Source of the DNA: an uncultured virus (IMG/VR IMGVR_UViG_3300032665_002303)
Lineage: Duplodnaviria > Heunggongvirae > Uroviricota > Caudoviricetes
DNA: 20,000 nt
Virus record (IMG/VR): IMGVR_UViG_3300032665_002303
Direction: 5' to 3' (one strand)
Shown: one piece after another, positions 1 through 7,919 of the stretch
Numbering within the stretch: the first letter of the stretch is position 1
How the letters are laid out: each line of letters starts with the position of its first letter
The notes under the pieces: generated by a model
Seen by the model: only the letters and a program-made list of their open reading frames with translations
What the model was told of the DNA's origin: nothing
Databases searched by the model: none
Program-made: the position numbers and the translations under genes

Positions 1-98
1 GGTGGACACTGCCCGGAAAAAGAGTATTTTAAAACAGGGAGTAAATCCCTAAAGAAGTTTGAAACGGAAGGGCGGTCATTGCTGCTGTTGTTATTCAT
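1..98 (-). CDS. 5' part of hypothetical protein, runs off window (MNNNSSNDRPSVSNFFRDLLPVLKYSFSGQCP...)
   Basis: Manual translation from ATG at 98, open to the window edge. The upstream CACACACAAACAATAGCAAA leader resembles those of other genes here. Confidence 0.5.
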   Translation of the reverse strand, partial: MNNNSSNDRPSVSNFFRDLLPVLKYSFSGQCP

Positions 99-197
99 TT
101 TGCTATTGTTTGTGTGTGAACAATGGCATATGTGTGGTTATTTTTAGTTAAATCGAAGCCCTGTGAGAGAGCGCCGGAGGCTCAAAAGAGCATTTTT

Positions 198-297
198 TGT
201 AACTATAAATAAGCGCATATGTTACTTAGGTCTTTTATATTGATTTTAGAATTTCAGCGACTAGTTCTATTTAACATTGCGTCAAATTATAGTTCAA
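198..297. other. Inverted pair of dif-like sites / long imperfect hairpin
   Basis: TGTAACTATAA-ATAAGCGC-ATATGTTACTT (198-227,+) and TTGAACTATAA-TTTGACG-CAATGTTAAAT (269-297,-). Compare E. coli dif GGTGCGCATAA-TGTATA-TTATGTTAAAT. Confidence 0.5.
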
Positions 298-328
298 AAA
301 ATTCCATTGGAGGCCGCATAGCCTGTTG

Positions 329-358
329 CAAATATAGTACAAATGTTGAAACTGCAAA
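329..358 (-). promoter_or_regulatory. Leftward Bacteroidota-type promoter inside the duplicated segment
   Basis: TTTG (358-355) and TATATTTG (336-329), 18 bp spacer. Confidence 0.45.
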
Positions 359-483
359 ATAAATTTGCCCGATGCAGGGCGCCGTAGTTGATGATTATTG
401 ATGAAGTTAAATCAGGGAACTGAAGCCTGGATTGGTGGGAGAACAAATTATACTTATTTTTGGATGATAATAGTGATGCCGCC

Positions 484-511
484 GAACGGAGCGTCGCCAC
501 CGCAGCTAAAT
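484..511 (+). repeat. Boundary site 1 (type A)
   Basis: GAACGGAGCG-TCGCCAC-CGCAGCTAAAT, then N8-AAAAGCTAAGT. Confidence 0.95.
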
Positions 512-569
512 AGATCGACAAAAGCTAAGTACAAAAGATTATATTTGTACTCACACAAACAAAGAGCCA

Positions 570-1232
570 ATGACCACCAGCATACTTAACGACCTACTCC
601 TTCTAAAAAACGAACCCAGAGAGAAGATACAAGAATACCTGCAGTCCATAAACCTACAGATATTCGATCCTATCTTTGAAAAGTACATCCAGAATGACCA
701 GGAGGCAAAGCAAATAGTATTATACATAGTATGTGCCTATAGTGAGGATAGCCCATTAATAATACTCCGCCAAGACAGTAAAGAAGAGAAAGAAGGGATA
801 TGTGAGTATTTGCAGATACCGGAATATCTCAGAGGCAACCTGGTAAACTTCGGAGATCAGATAATCAGAAAGGCCGCGACGCAATATCTCACAAAATTCG
901 CCGGGCCGCTATTTAGATCCTACATGTTCATGAAGATACAGGCTGCAGACTATGAGCTGGATATTACAGACAGGGCGTTCACTATCACAAAGACAGAAAA
1001 AATAGATGGCGGAGAGATAGTGTCAGAAGTATTCGACTCCAAGGAGCATGGAAAGGCCATAGCTGAGTACAACCGTTTATGCATACAGATAAATAAAACA
1101 GAGTTAGCTATAAGGGCCCAGGTAAAAAGAATGGAAGGAATAGAGGAGATTAAAGAGTTTGCAAGAACAGGAAAAGAAACAGGAAAATTAAAAGGAGCAA
1201 GAGTAGGAAATGTAGAGAATGTTATTGGGTAG
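570..1232 (+). CDS. Phage protein, possible terminase small subunit
   Basis: 220 aa helical protein with C-terminal coiled coil and K/G-rich tail. It shares the same duplicated leader as terL. The functional call is from position and context only. Confidence 0.5.
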   Translation: MTTSILNDLLLLKNEPREKIQEYLQSINLQIFDPIFEKYIQNDQEAKQIVLYIVCAYSEDSPLIILRQDSKEEKEGICEYLQIPEYLRGNLVNFGDQIIRKAATQYLTKFAGPLFRSYMFMKIQAADYELDITDRAFTITKTEKIDGGEIVSEVFDSKEHGKAIAEYNRLCIQINKTELAIRAQVKRMEGIEEIKEFARTGKETGKLKGARVGNVENVIG

Positions 1233-1260
1233 CTACTTTTTGCAACCAGCACCACCGCCA

Positions 1261-1287
1261 GATCATCTTCGTTGCGTCGCACTGTTC
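1261..1287 (-). repeat. Boundary site 2 (type B)
   Basis: GAACAGTGCG-ACGCAA-CGAAGATGATC on the minus strand. Confidence 0.9.
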
Positions 1288-1304
1288 AACGCCAGAACAA
1301 GAAA

Positions 1305-1332
1305 AAGGAGGGCGCAACCACCGGTGCTAAAT
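1305..1332 (+). repeat. Degenerate boundary site
   Basis: AAGGAGGGCG-CAACCAC-CGGTGCTAAAT, then N8-TGCAGCTAAC. Confidence 0.6.
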
Positions 1333-1367
1333 CAAGGAACTGCAGCTAACATGCGCCAGAAATAAAA

Positions 1368-1398
1368 TTTGGTGGGTAATAAAAAATGAGTATATTTG
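1368..1398 (+). promoter_or_regulatory. Bacteroidota sigma-A promoter
   Basis: TTTG (1368-1371), 19 bp, TATATTTG (1391-1398). Confidence 0.7.
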
Positions 1399-1437
1399 TT
1401 CAATAGAAATTAGTAGCAATTGCAGTAAATTTTATTT

Positions 1438-1501
1438 TTATGTTACTTAGGTCTTTTAAATTGACCTTAGAATAAGCGAGATTAAGTTCTATTTAGCATA
1501 A
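1438..1501. repeat. Partial third copy of the hairpin core of the duplicated segment
   Basis: TTATGTTACTTAGGTCTTTTA...GTTCTATTTAGCATAA matches 217-279. Confidence 0.75.
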
Positions 1502-1508
1502 AAAAAAC

Positions 1509-1536
1509 ATTTAGTGTCTGTTGCGGTGCTGGAATA
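1509..1536 (-). repeat. Variant boundary site (type C)
   Basis: TATTCCAGCA-CCGCAAC-AGACACTAAAT. 19 bp (1514-1532) are identical to 2074-2092. Confidence 0.7.
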
Positions 1537-1579
1537 GAAACGAAGCCCGATTGATGTTACCAAATCAAAGCAAGACACG

Positions 1580-1768
1580 ATGACGTTTGATTCAAAAATA
1601 ATAGATGCCGCAAAGGAAATAGCCGATCCTGCATGGGAGAAATTAAAAGGGCAGCCCAAGGAAGTAAAGCAACGCTTTTTCTACGAGTTAGGTGTCAGCA
1701 TTATGGATGAATACAAGGACGAATATCCGAAAGAGTGGGAATCTCTGTTAGCTATTGGCTATTTGTAG
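1580..1768 (+). CDS. Hypothetical protein (62 aa)
   Basis: ORF track, A-rich leader, downstream of the promoter at 1368. Confidence 0.65.
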   Translation: MTFDSKIIDAAKEIADPAWEKLKGQPKEVKQRFFYELGVSIMDEYKDEYPKEWESLLAIGYL

Positions 1769-2003
1769 GCGATTTGCGAAGTTCTTTAATAATTTGTTCC
1801 AATGATTCTACTCGTTTGTTGAGTTCTATAATTGGGTTGATGCTGGTGAGTGTATATTGCCTTTTGTCGCAATGTGGGCACATGAGATGTATAACTTCAA
1901 TTTTACTTGCAAATTGAGTGGATTTAAACATATCTAAGGAGTGGGGGAATTTATCTATTTCTTTTCCGCAATCCTTGCATTTATGTTTTAATTGTTGGCT
2001 CAT
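1752..2003 (-). CDS. Zinc-ribbon (CxxC...CxxC) plus coiled-coil protein
   Basis: CKDC and CPHC motifs. Start placed at ATG 2003 (MSQQLK), below a TATATTTG -7 box at 2031-2024. Confidence 0.7.
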   Translation of the reverse strand: MSQQLKHKCKDCGKEIDKFPHSLDMFKSTQFASKIEVIHLMCPHCDKRQYTLTSINPIIELNKRVESLEQIIKELRKSPTNSQ

Positions 2004-2068
2004 AAAATTTGATTTATTTGTTACAAATATAAAGATAGAAATTCTTAGCAATTGCATGTAGGTTTAAC

Positions 2069-2096
2069 AACCTGTGTCTGTTGCGGTGCTGGGATG
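2069..2096 (-). repeat. Variant boundary site (type C)
   Basis: CATCCCAGCA-CCGCAAC-AGACACAGGTT. Confidence 0.65.
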
Positions 2097-2148
2097 AGAT
2101 AAAAGCGAAATCAGGGAACGGGACGTTTGTTCTTTAAATTAATGGGTT

Positions 2149-2277
2149 ATGAAAAATCAGGAGACTATGACTTGTGCGGAAGCGGCACAGAGGTTTGGCT
2201 CGGAATTCGCTAAGGATCTTAGCGGGTATGCCGAACATGATATGATAACGATTGGGTTTATAGAGTGGCACTCATAG
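2149..2277 (+). CDS. Small hypothetical protein (42 aa, MKNQETMTCAEAAQRFGSEF...)
   Basis: Manual translation. Converges on the ORF at 2283. Confidence 0.35.
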   Translation: MKNQETMTCAEAAQRFGSEFAKDLSGYAEHDMITIGFIEWHS

Positions 2278-2282
2278 AGTGC

Positions 2283-2519
2283 TTATTTCTTCATCTCATT
2301 TTTGTCTATCGCCCTCATGATGCTGATGCGTATTTCATTTTCTTCATCCGAGGTGAGCGGGAAAGCGGCTTGTTTTCCTTCAATCCAAAAAGAGAAGTGA
2401 GCAATTTTAGGTATGGTAGTTTCGACTTTAAAGACGATGTTTCCTTTTCCTCCGATTGACTTTCCGTACTTTATAAGTTGGTCTTCTCCTTTTACGTTTA
2501 CGGTGATTATCTTATCCAT
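2283..2519 (-). CDS. Hypothetical protein
   Basis: ORF track. Start placed at ATG 2519 (MDKIIT), below TATATTTG at 2537-2530. Confidence 0.7.
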   Translation of the reverse strand: MDKIITVNVKGEDQLIKYGKSIGGKGNIVFKVETTIPKIAHFSFWIEGKQAAFPLTSDEENEIRISIMRAIDKNEMKK

Positions 2520-2612
2520 TGTTTTTATGCAAATATACGAGTTCAATAGTAGCCGTATCGAACGGCTTTCCTTTTTGGGCTTTGCCCTTGAAGCGGAGCT
2601 AAATCAATCAGA

Positions 2613-2728
2613 CGGATTTGTTCTATAATTTTGTCTTATGTTATCCGAAGGACGTGAATAGCGAGGTCGTAAATTTTCCTACGACCGAAGATATTTAACA
2701 ATAAGATCAATTATAGAACCAACATCCG
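2613..2728. other. Inverted pair of dif-like sites / long hairpin with internal stem-loop
   Basis: TTGTTCTATAA-TTTTGTC-TTATGTTATCC (2618-2646,+) and TGGTTCTATAA-TTGATCT-TATTGTTAAAT (2693-2721,-). Internal stem GGTCGTA...TACGACC. Confidence 0.55.
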
Positions 2729-2875
2729 CTTCGTGCGGTGGCCGTTTGTGCGATTGTTTGTGACCTGATACTAATTGTGCGCTCCGATAACGGAACTCAC
2801 TTACGCTAAGTAGCTCATTCGAGGATTGCAGGAAATACGAGGTGGGAATTTACATGTGATACAAAACATGCACAC

Positions 2876-3118
2876 ATGACAGTTACCGAAGATATTAAGA
2901 TAGAGACATTCTCCGATTCTCCAATAACTACTCCTGAGCAAAAAAAGGCGGCATTGCTTGAATATATAGATATTCAAACGGACAAGATTGACGCAATGGT
3001 GAGGGAATTAAAGGATACCGTAACAAAAGCATTGCTACACCCCGAAAAGGAAATAATTAAAGATTACTTCGCTGGATGGGAAGGGCAAAAGAATTACACT
3101 TATCACGTTAAGGATTAA
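2876..3118 (+). CDS. Hypothetical protein (80 aa)
   Basis: ORF track, CACAC leader. Confidence 0.7.
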   Translation: MTVTEDIKIETFSDSPITTPEQKKAALLEYIDIQTDKIDAMVRELKDTVTKALLHPEKEIIKDYFAGWEGQKNYTYHVKD

Positions 3119-3342
3119 TCGTTTACAACATCTGCCGCATCGATTAATAAATTCCATGATTTTCCGTCAATACTTCTCTCGAAAGGGATTCTAATTCTGC
3201 CTCCGGGCATTAATTTGCCATCCTCTCCAAATTCGGGAGCAGAAGAAACGGTTATGATGGCTGTTAAATCTGATGTGTGCTTTAGCTTAAGCCCTTGAAT
3301 ACCTTCAATTAGTAAGTCAATAGGTATTTTCATTTTTCTCAT
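3115..3342 (-). CDS. Hypothetical protein
   Basis: ORF track. Start placed at ATG 3342 (alternative 3333). Confidence 0.6.
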   Translation of the reverse strand: MRKMKIPIDLLIEGIQGLKLKHTSDLTAIITVSSAPEFGEDGKLMPGGRIRIPFERSIDGKSWNLLIDAADVVND

Positions 3343-3379
3343 AATATTTACGTTTAAGGTTAGCACTACGAATGTAAGT

Positions 3380-3412
3380 AATAGCTCCGAGCAATCGGGG
3401 CTATTTTATTTT
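3380..3412 (+). terminator. Rho-independent terminator-like hairpin
   Basis: AATAGCTCCGA-GCAA-TCGGGGCTATT followed by a T-rich tract. Confidence 0.6.
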
Positions 3413-3514
3413 GCATATATTTGCAATGCAAAACCAATAGAATAATGCAGGCACTCTGCCATGCAAAATAAAAAGATTAAAAATGAGTATCGCCCATATG
3501 AAGAATTGGCAAAC

Positions 3515-3934
3515 TTAGAAAAGCATTTTAGCAATATCCCCACTCAGACTTTTAAAATCAGGGCAGATAAAGGCTTGATAAGAATCAGCAGCACAAAGGA
3601 TGTCCGCAAACTTAGGCAATTCGGTATTTAGTGTTTTTATAGCCCTATCTATGGCGCTGTACGCTATTCTAACATTCAATTCCGTTCTTTGGGCAGATAG
3701 CGCCGAAAATATATTTTCAACCGCAAAGAACCCATATTTAGCATTGTGTATAATGAGTTCAAATTTAGGCTCTACAATAAAATATTCGGTTCCGTCAACC
3801 AAGGCTCTTCCATAATTCAGGAAATAGCTTCCAGCTATTTCTCCTGGCTTAAAGCTAGTTAATTCGACTTCATTTGGCAATCCATTTTTTACATTAATTT
3901 TGAGATGGTCTAACATGATATTTTGGTTTTGCAT
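3515..3934 (-). CDS. Hypothetical protein (~140 aa)
   Basis: ORF track. Start moved to ATG 3934 (alternative 3916) because the longer start overlaps the terminator. Confidence 0.7.
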   Translation of the reverse strand: MQNQNIMLDHLKINVKNGLPNEVELTSFKPGEIAGSYFLNYGRALVDGTEYFIVEPKFELIIHNAKYGFFAVENIFSALSAQRTELNVRIAYSAIDRAIKTLNTELPKFADILCAADSYQAFICPDFKSLSGDIAKMLF

Positions 3935-3948
3935 CCACAATATATAAA

Positions 3949-3981
3949 TAAAAAAGTAAAGCCCCACAATATTGTGGGGCT
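3949..3981 (-). terminator. Perfect 22 bp palindrome / terminator
   Basis: AGCCCCACAATATTGTGGGGCT (3960-3981), followed by a T-rich tract on the minus strand. Confidence 0.65.
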
Positions 3982-4057
3982 GCGACATTTAAATTGCAAA
4001 ACCAAAATGCAGCTATTTTAGGACACTAGCGCAAGCCCAATAGAGACTCCGTGTGTG

Positions 4058-4424
4058 GCGCCGGAGGCTCAAAAGAGCATTTTTTGTAACTATAAATAAG
4101 CGCATATGTTATTTAGGTCTTTTAGATTGATTTTAGAATTTTAGCGAATAGTTCTATTTAACATTGCGTCAAATTATAGTTCAAAAAATTCCATTGGAGG
4201 CCGCATAGCCTGTTGCAAATATAGTACAAATGTTGAAACTGCAAAATAAATTTGCCCGATGCAGGGCGCCGTAGTTGATGATTATTGATGAAGTAAAATC
4301 AAGGAACTGAAGCCCGGATTGGTGGGCCAACAAATTATACTTATTTTTGGATGATAGTAGCGATGTTGTCGAACGGAGCGTCGCCACTGAACCCTAATAG
4401 TAGTACCAAAAGCTAAGTACAAAA
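4058..4424 (+). repeat. ~366 bp direct repeat, copy 2
   Basis: Near-identical to 171-536. Ends immediately at the terL ATG. Confidence 0.95.
4371..4398 (+). repeat. Boundary site 3 (type A)
   Basis: GAACGGAGCG-TCGCCAC-TGAACCCTAAT, then AAAAGCTAAGTAC. Confidence 0.95.
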
Positions 4425-6731
4425 ATGAATTACCAAGAAGGACAAATACTAACCATCCCCATAGGGAAAGAAGATATAGCGGAACATTACTTCCACACCC
4501 CGCCTATTCCGCCAAAGAAGCAAATCCTATTCCACGACAAGAAAAAAGAAGATCAATACTGGACCAGGCAAAAAGACCTGCCCAAGATATTCTACGAATG
4601 GCACGAAGAAAAAACACAAGTAGGCATAGGGGTAGAACTGGATGCCAAGAAAACAGAGTACAGCGACACCGGGGAGCTTGTATCCCTGAGTAAAGTAGAC
4701 ACAGGCATACTATTCGACAAGATGGCCGTAGATGGCAGGGAAGGACTGCAAGAGCGCGAGCACCGAAGGAGAACAGAAGGAGTGTGGTTCATGAATAATG
4801 GAGAGCCCACCTACCTTACCGGCAATCACTATGCAATACTGCAAAACCTGCCCATGCTGGGGTGCTCTAATGACGTAGAGCCCGGCAGCCACTACGGGCA
4901 GTATTACCAATTCCAGCGGGATATGGCCTATTACTTTGAGGTATGTAAGAAAGTGGAATACGCCAGAGGTGGGATATTCATCAAGCCAAAAAAGACCGGC
5001 GCCACCCAGTTTTTCTCATTGGTTGCTCTCAATGAGGCGATGACTAACCGGGAAAAGAATGTCCGCATGATGTCCATTACCGAAACACTGTGCAGGGAGT
5101 CAAACTTCGGGTTTGTAAAATATGCCATGCAGAAAGTGCCGAACATCCTAATGCCCTCCCGTTCAAAGCAGAATGAGGGAGAGGTGGTGTTCGGCCCGCC
5201 AAATGCATCAAGGAGCCCGCTGAAAAAACGCCGGGATGTGAGTTTTGGGTACCTGAACACATGGCTATGCACGGTACCAACAACCCGTACTGCCTTCGAT
5301 ACGTTCACAAATCACCTGGCGCTCATAGATGAGTTCCCCAAAATAAAGGAGAATACCTACCCAGAAGAGTTGTTTCTTGCCACGATGCCTACCGTAATGG
5401 AGGGATTTAAACGCAAAGGAACCATATTCGCCCTATCTTACGTGCCGGAGATCACCGACCGCTCATTCTACGAGGCCCGGCAGCTATACAAGGACAGCAA
5501 ACTAAAAACAAGGAAGCGTGACGAGAATGGCAACCAATACGGAGAAACCAAAAGCAAGCTCATCTGCCATACCTTGACCGTACAGGAGGGAATGTTTAGT
5601 TGCTGTGATAAATACGGAAAACCCATTGAGAAGAAGATATGGGATGAGATACGCCGAGAACTGGACGACGTAAAGCACGATCCGGTAAAACTGCAGGCAA
5701 CAAAAAGGCAGTACCCGGCCAGCGAGGCGGACCCATGGAGCGAAACCAGCAGGGAGGACAGCCTGTTTGATAACCTCCGGCTAGGAGAGAAGGCGCAGGA
5801 ATTAGAGGAACTGCAGTCATTAGGCGCGGCACCATACAAGGACTTCAACCTGGAATATACCGTATTGCCGGTAAAGGACCTCAAAAGTGAGCGATATAAG
5901 TTTGATGGTAATATCCGCATGAAATTTGTCACCGACGAAGAGAAGATGAATGACGCGCCTCACGGAAAATTCAAGTGGTACCACAAAGACTGGACACCTG
6001 ACTGGTTCCTACAACGACATCTGAACAAAACAACAGTAGACACAAAGACTGGACGCAGGATGCCCAACCCTAATGCCCCATTTTTTATATCCATTGACCC
6101 CACCAACTACCGCATAAGGAAAAACACCGGCAAGGGCTCTCTGAACGCCATGCAGGTGTTCTTGCTCCCCAGCGCGGAGTTAGATGCGCAGCAGGGTAAA
6201 AGTGTCAGCAATAGGCGCCTAATGGTTAGCTATCTACACAGGTGCGATAAGCCAAGTGACACCCTTGCGGATATGATCAAGTTGATACTTATGTTCGGGT
6301 GCATGGTCCAGATAGAGTCAAACGTAAGTACATGGGCCACGCAGCTTATAGAAATGGGCTTAGGAAACTTCGTGCTCATGGTAAATAAAGACGGAGCAAT
6401 CGAGCCATGGAAGGACTACGATGCTGGACAGAACTATTTTACCTCCCAGAAATCGCAGATAGACATGTATGTAGCGGCTGGTGCAGAATTCTTAGGCGCC
6501 CCCATGATAGAAGGAGAAGTGGATAACATACAATACCTGGACGACTTAGATGTGGTCCAGCAGTTAATGATGATCAAGAAAGAAAACACCACAGAGTATG
6601 ATGCTGCAGTCGCCTACCTCGAAGGATTAATGGGTATAGATGTATGGCTGGGATGGAAAAGAGCAAACGACAACAAAGGAAGAAAGAATGATGAAGGACT
6701 ACGGCAGTTTGCAATGAACATGCTCCACTAA
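4425..6731 (+). CDS. terL: Phage terminase large subunit
   Basis: 768 aa. GVWFMNNGEPTYLTGNHY N-terminal motif, which I recognise from Bacteroidota phage TerL. Walker A-like KPKKTGAT, Walker B LALIDE, and RNase H-like nuclease motifs ISIDP, VQIESN and EYDAAVA. Confidence 0.88.
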   Translation: MNYQEGQILTIPIGKEDIAEHYFHTPPIPPKKQILFHDKKKEDQYWTRQKDLPKIFYEWHEEKTQVGIGVELDAKKTEYSDTGELVSLSKVDTGILFDKMAVDGREGLQEREHRRRTEGVWFMNNGEPTYLTGNHYAILQNLPMLGCSNDVEPGSHYGQYYQFQRDMAYYFEVCKKVEYARGGIFIKPKKTGATQFFSLVALNEAMTNREKNVRMMSITETLCRESNFGFVKYAMQKVPNILMPSRSKQNEGEVVFGPPNASRSPLKKRRDVSFGYLNTWLCTVPTTRTAFDTFTNHLALIDEFPKIKENTYPEELFLATMPTVMEGFKRKGTIFALSYVPEITDRSFYEARQLYKDSKLKTRKRDENGNQYGETKSKLICHTLTVQEGMFSCCDKYGKPIEKKIWDEIRRELDDVKHDPVKLQATKRQYPASEADPWSETSREDSLFDNLRLGEKAQELEELQSLGAAPYKDFNLEYTVLPVKDLKSERYKFDGNIRMKFVTDEEKMNDAPHGKFKWYHKDWTPDWFLQRHLNKTTVDTKTGRRMPNPNAPFFISIDPTNYRIRKNTGKGSLNAMQVFLLPSAELDAQQGKSVSNRRLMVSYLHRCDKPSDTLADMIKLILMFGCMVQIESNVSTWATQLIEMGLGNFVLMVNKDGAIEPWKDYDAGQNYFTSQKSQIDMYVAAGAEFLGAPMIEGEVDNIQYLDDLDVVQQLMMIKKENTTEYDAAVAYLEGLMGIDVWLGWKRANDNKGRKNDEGLRQFAMNMLH

Positions 6732-6764
6732 AAACAATTTTATTGAGCCAGCTATCTCTCTCCG

Positions 6765-6792
6765 ATGGAGCGTCCGTTGCGACGCTCCATTC
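6765..6792 (-). repeat. Boundary site 4 (type A, self-complementary)
   Basis: GAATGGAGCG-TCGCAAC-GGACGCTCCAT, then N8-GATAGCTGGCT. Confidence 0.9.
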
Positions 6793-6828
6793 ATCTTTCT
6801 GCCCCTGATGAAAATATTTTAAAATAAA

Positions 6829-6859
6829 TTTGGTGGTTAAATAATTAGTGCTACATTTG
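6829..6859 (+). promoter_or_regulatory. Bacteroidota sigma-A promoter
   Basis: TTTG (6829-6832), 19 bp, TACATTTG (6852-6859). Confidence 0.75.
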
Positions 6860-6867
6860 TGATAATT

Positions 6868-7050
6868 ATGGCAGGCGCAAAGAGAAACAACTACCTTAAA
6901 GAAAAGCCAACAGAACCCTTCAGGATGAGGTTTAGCGAGAAGTACGCTAAGAAATTAGTGGACAAAATAAATAAGGTGGCAGAGGATGACGACAGATCAT
7001 TTCCCGGTGTGATAGAAAGGATATTAGTTCAACATTTTAATTTAAAATAA
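6868..7050 (+). CDS. Small DNA-binding protein, ribbon-helix-helix-like
   Basis: Strand-helix-helix pattern FRMRFS...INKVAEDDDRSFPGVIERIL, as in Arc/CopG proteins. ATG at 6868 lies just after the promoter. Confidence 0.6.
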   Translation: MAGAKRNNYLKEKPTEPFRMRFSEKYAKKLVDKINKVAEDDDRSFPGVIERILVQHFNLK

Positions 7051-7334
7051 TGACTGGTAAATTTTGGTTTATATTGACACTTCAGATTGCCGCCGTATTC
7101 TTCGTGGCTATATCAATGTCGTTTATTGGTGATTATTTTCACGGATTCTTTGGTGATTATTTTCACAAAATACCTGAAAAATGTTGGATAGGAGCAGTAT
7201 ATGAAGCAAATGAGCCACATTGGCACTGGGGATATAGGCATGTGCTGTGGTGTTTTATGGGCGTATTCATATTTTTAGTTCAGGTGTTTCGCATTGGAGT
7301 ATTTATATATCGAGAAGCCCAATCAAAGCACTGA
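7050..7334 (+). CDS. Membrane protein (2 predicted TM segments)
   Basis: Hydrophobic N- and C-terminal segments, HWHWGYRH loop, TAATG coupling to the upstream gene. Confidence 0.75.
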   Translation: MTGKFWFILTLQIAAVFFVAISMSFIGDYFHGFFGDYFHKIPEKCWIGAVYEANEPHWHWGYRHVLWCFMGVFIFLVQVFRIGVFIYREAQSKH

Positions 7335-7339
7335 ACGAT

Positions 7340-7366
7340 CAACGGAGCGTCGCAACGATGCTAAAT
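7340..7366 (+). repeat. Boundary site 5 (type A)
   Basis: CAACGGAGCG-TCGCAA-CGATGCTAAAT. Confidence 0.95.
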
Positions 7367-7407
7367 AGTGGCAAAAAACCTGACAAACAAAACCTAAAAA
7401 TAGAGAA

Positions 7408-7893
7408 ATGACACCAATCAAGAAATACCCAAAGAACCACAAGGGCGGAGTGCCACTGGCAGAGTATAAAAACCTGATGAAGCACTATGATAATATGACT
7501 ACATATGCGGCCGTACAGGAGCAAGAGGCTAAAGATCAAAAAGCAAAACAGGAGCACCTTGTAAAAGAGCTGAAATCCAAGTGCGATCTGAATGTATCGT
7601 ACTTGAGCCAGCTACACAAGATAGAAATGGACCGAGCCGAGAACACTACAACCATAAAAACAGTAGGTGACGCAATAAACTACACCGTCCACTTCCTGGC
7701 TAACTTCAAAATACAGGACAAGGCAGAGATCATCAAGCAGATATCGGCTAACTTTCTAAAGCAAGAGCGCGAGCGCCTAGCTGCCATGAAAAATGAAGTG
7801 GGATTCAACGAGGAGATACTATCTCAGTATACAAGTTCTATGGAGAAGTTTTCAAGAGGAGATGTGTTCTTATCTCCGGAGAGTTTTAAATGA
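7408..7893 (+). CDS. Hypothetical coiled-coil protein (161 aa)
   Basis: ORF track. Confidence 0.8.
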   Translation: MTPIKKYPKNHKGGVPLAEYKNLMKHYDNMTTYAAVQEQEAKDQKAKQEHLVKELKSKCDLNVSYLSQLHKIEMDRAENTTTIKTVGDAINYTVHFLANFKIQDKAEIIKQISANFLKQERERLAAMKNEVGFNEEILSQYTSSMEKFSRGDVFLSPESFK

Positions 7894-7919
7894 CTTTTAA
7901 GCCAGCGGGCGTCGCTATG

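Larger units (their letters stand above)
171..536 (+). repeat. ~366 bp direct repeat, copy 1 (copy 2 at 4058-4424)
   Basis: Direct alignment at offset 3887, about 14 mismatches over 171-500 by manual count. Confidence 0.95.

Noticed and set aside
294..521. Minus-strand ORFs 294-521 and 4181-4387, and plus-strand ORF 398-589
   Set aside because: They run through the repeat (ATLRS peptide) and promoter or hairpin sequence of the duplicated element, so they are likely spurious.
4592..5932. Antisense ORFs within terL, and similar shadow ORFs at 950, 3600, 7339, 8411, 8847, 9075, 10073, 12069, 12107, 15565, 15911, 16114, 16377, 16745, 17571, 18130
   Set aside because: They overlap better-supported genes on the opposite strand and show no recognisable motifs.
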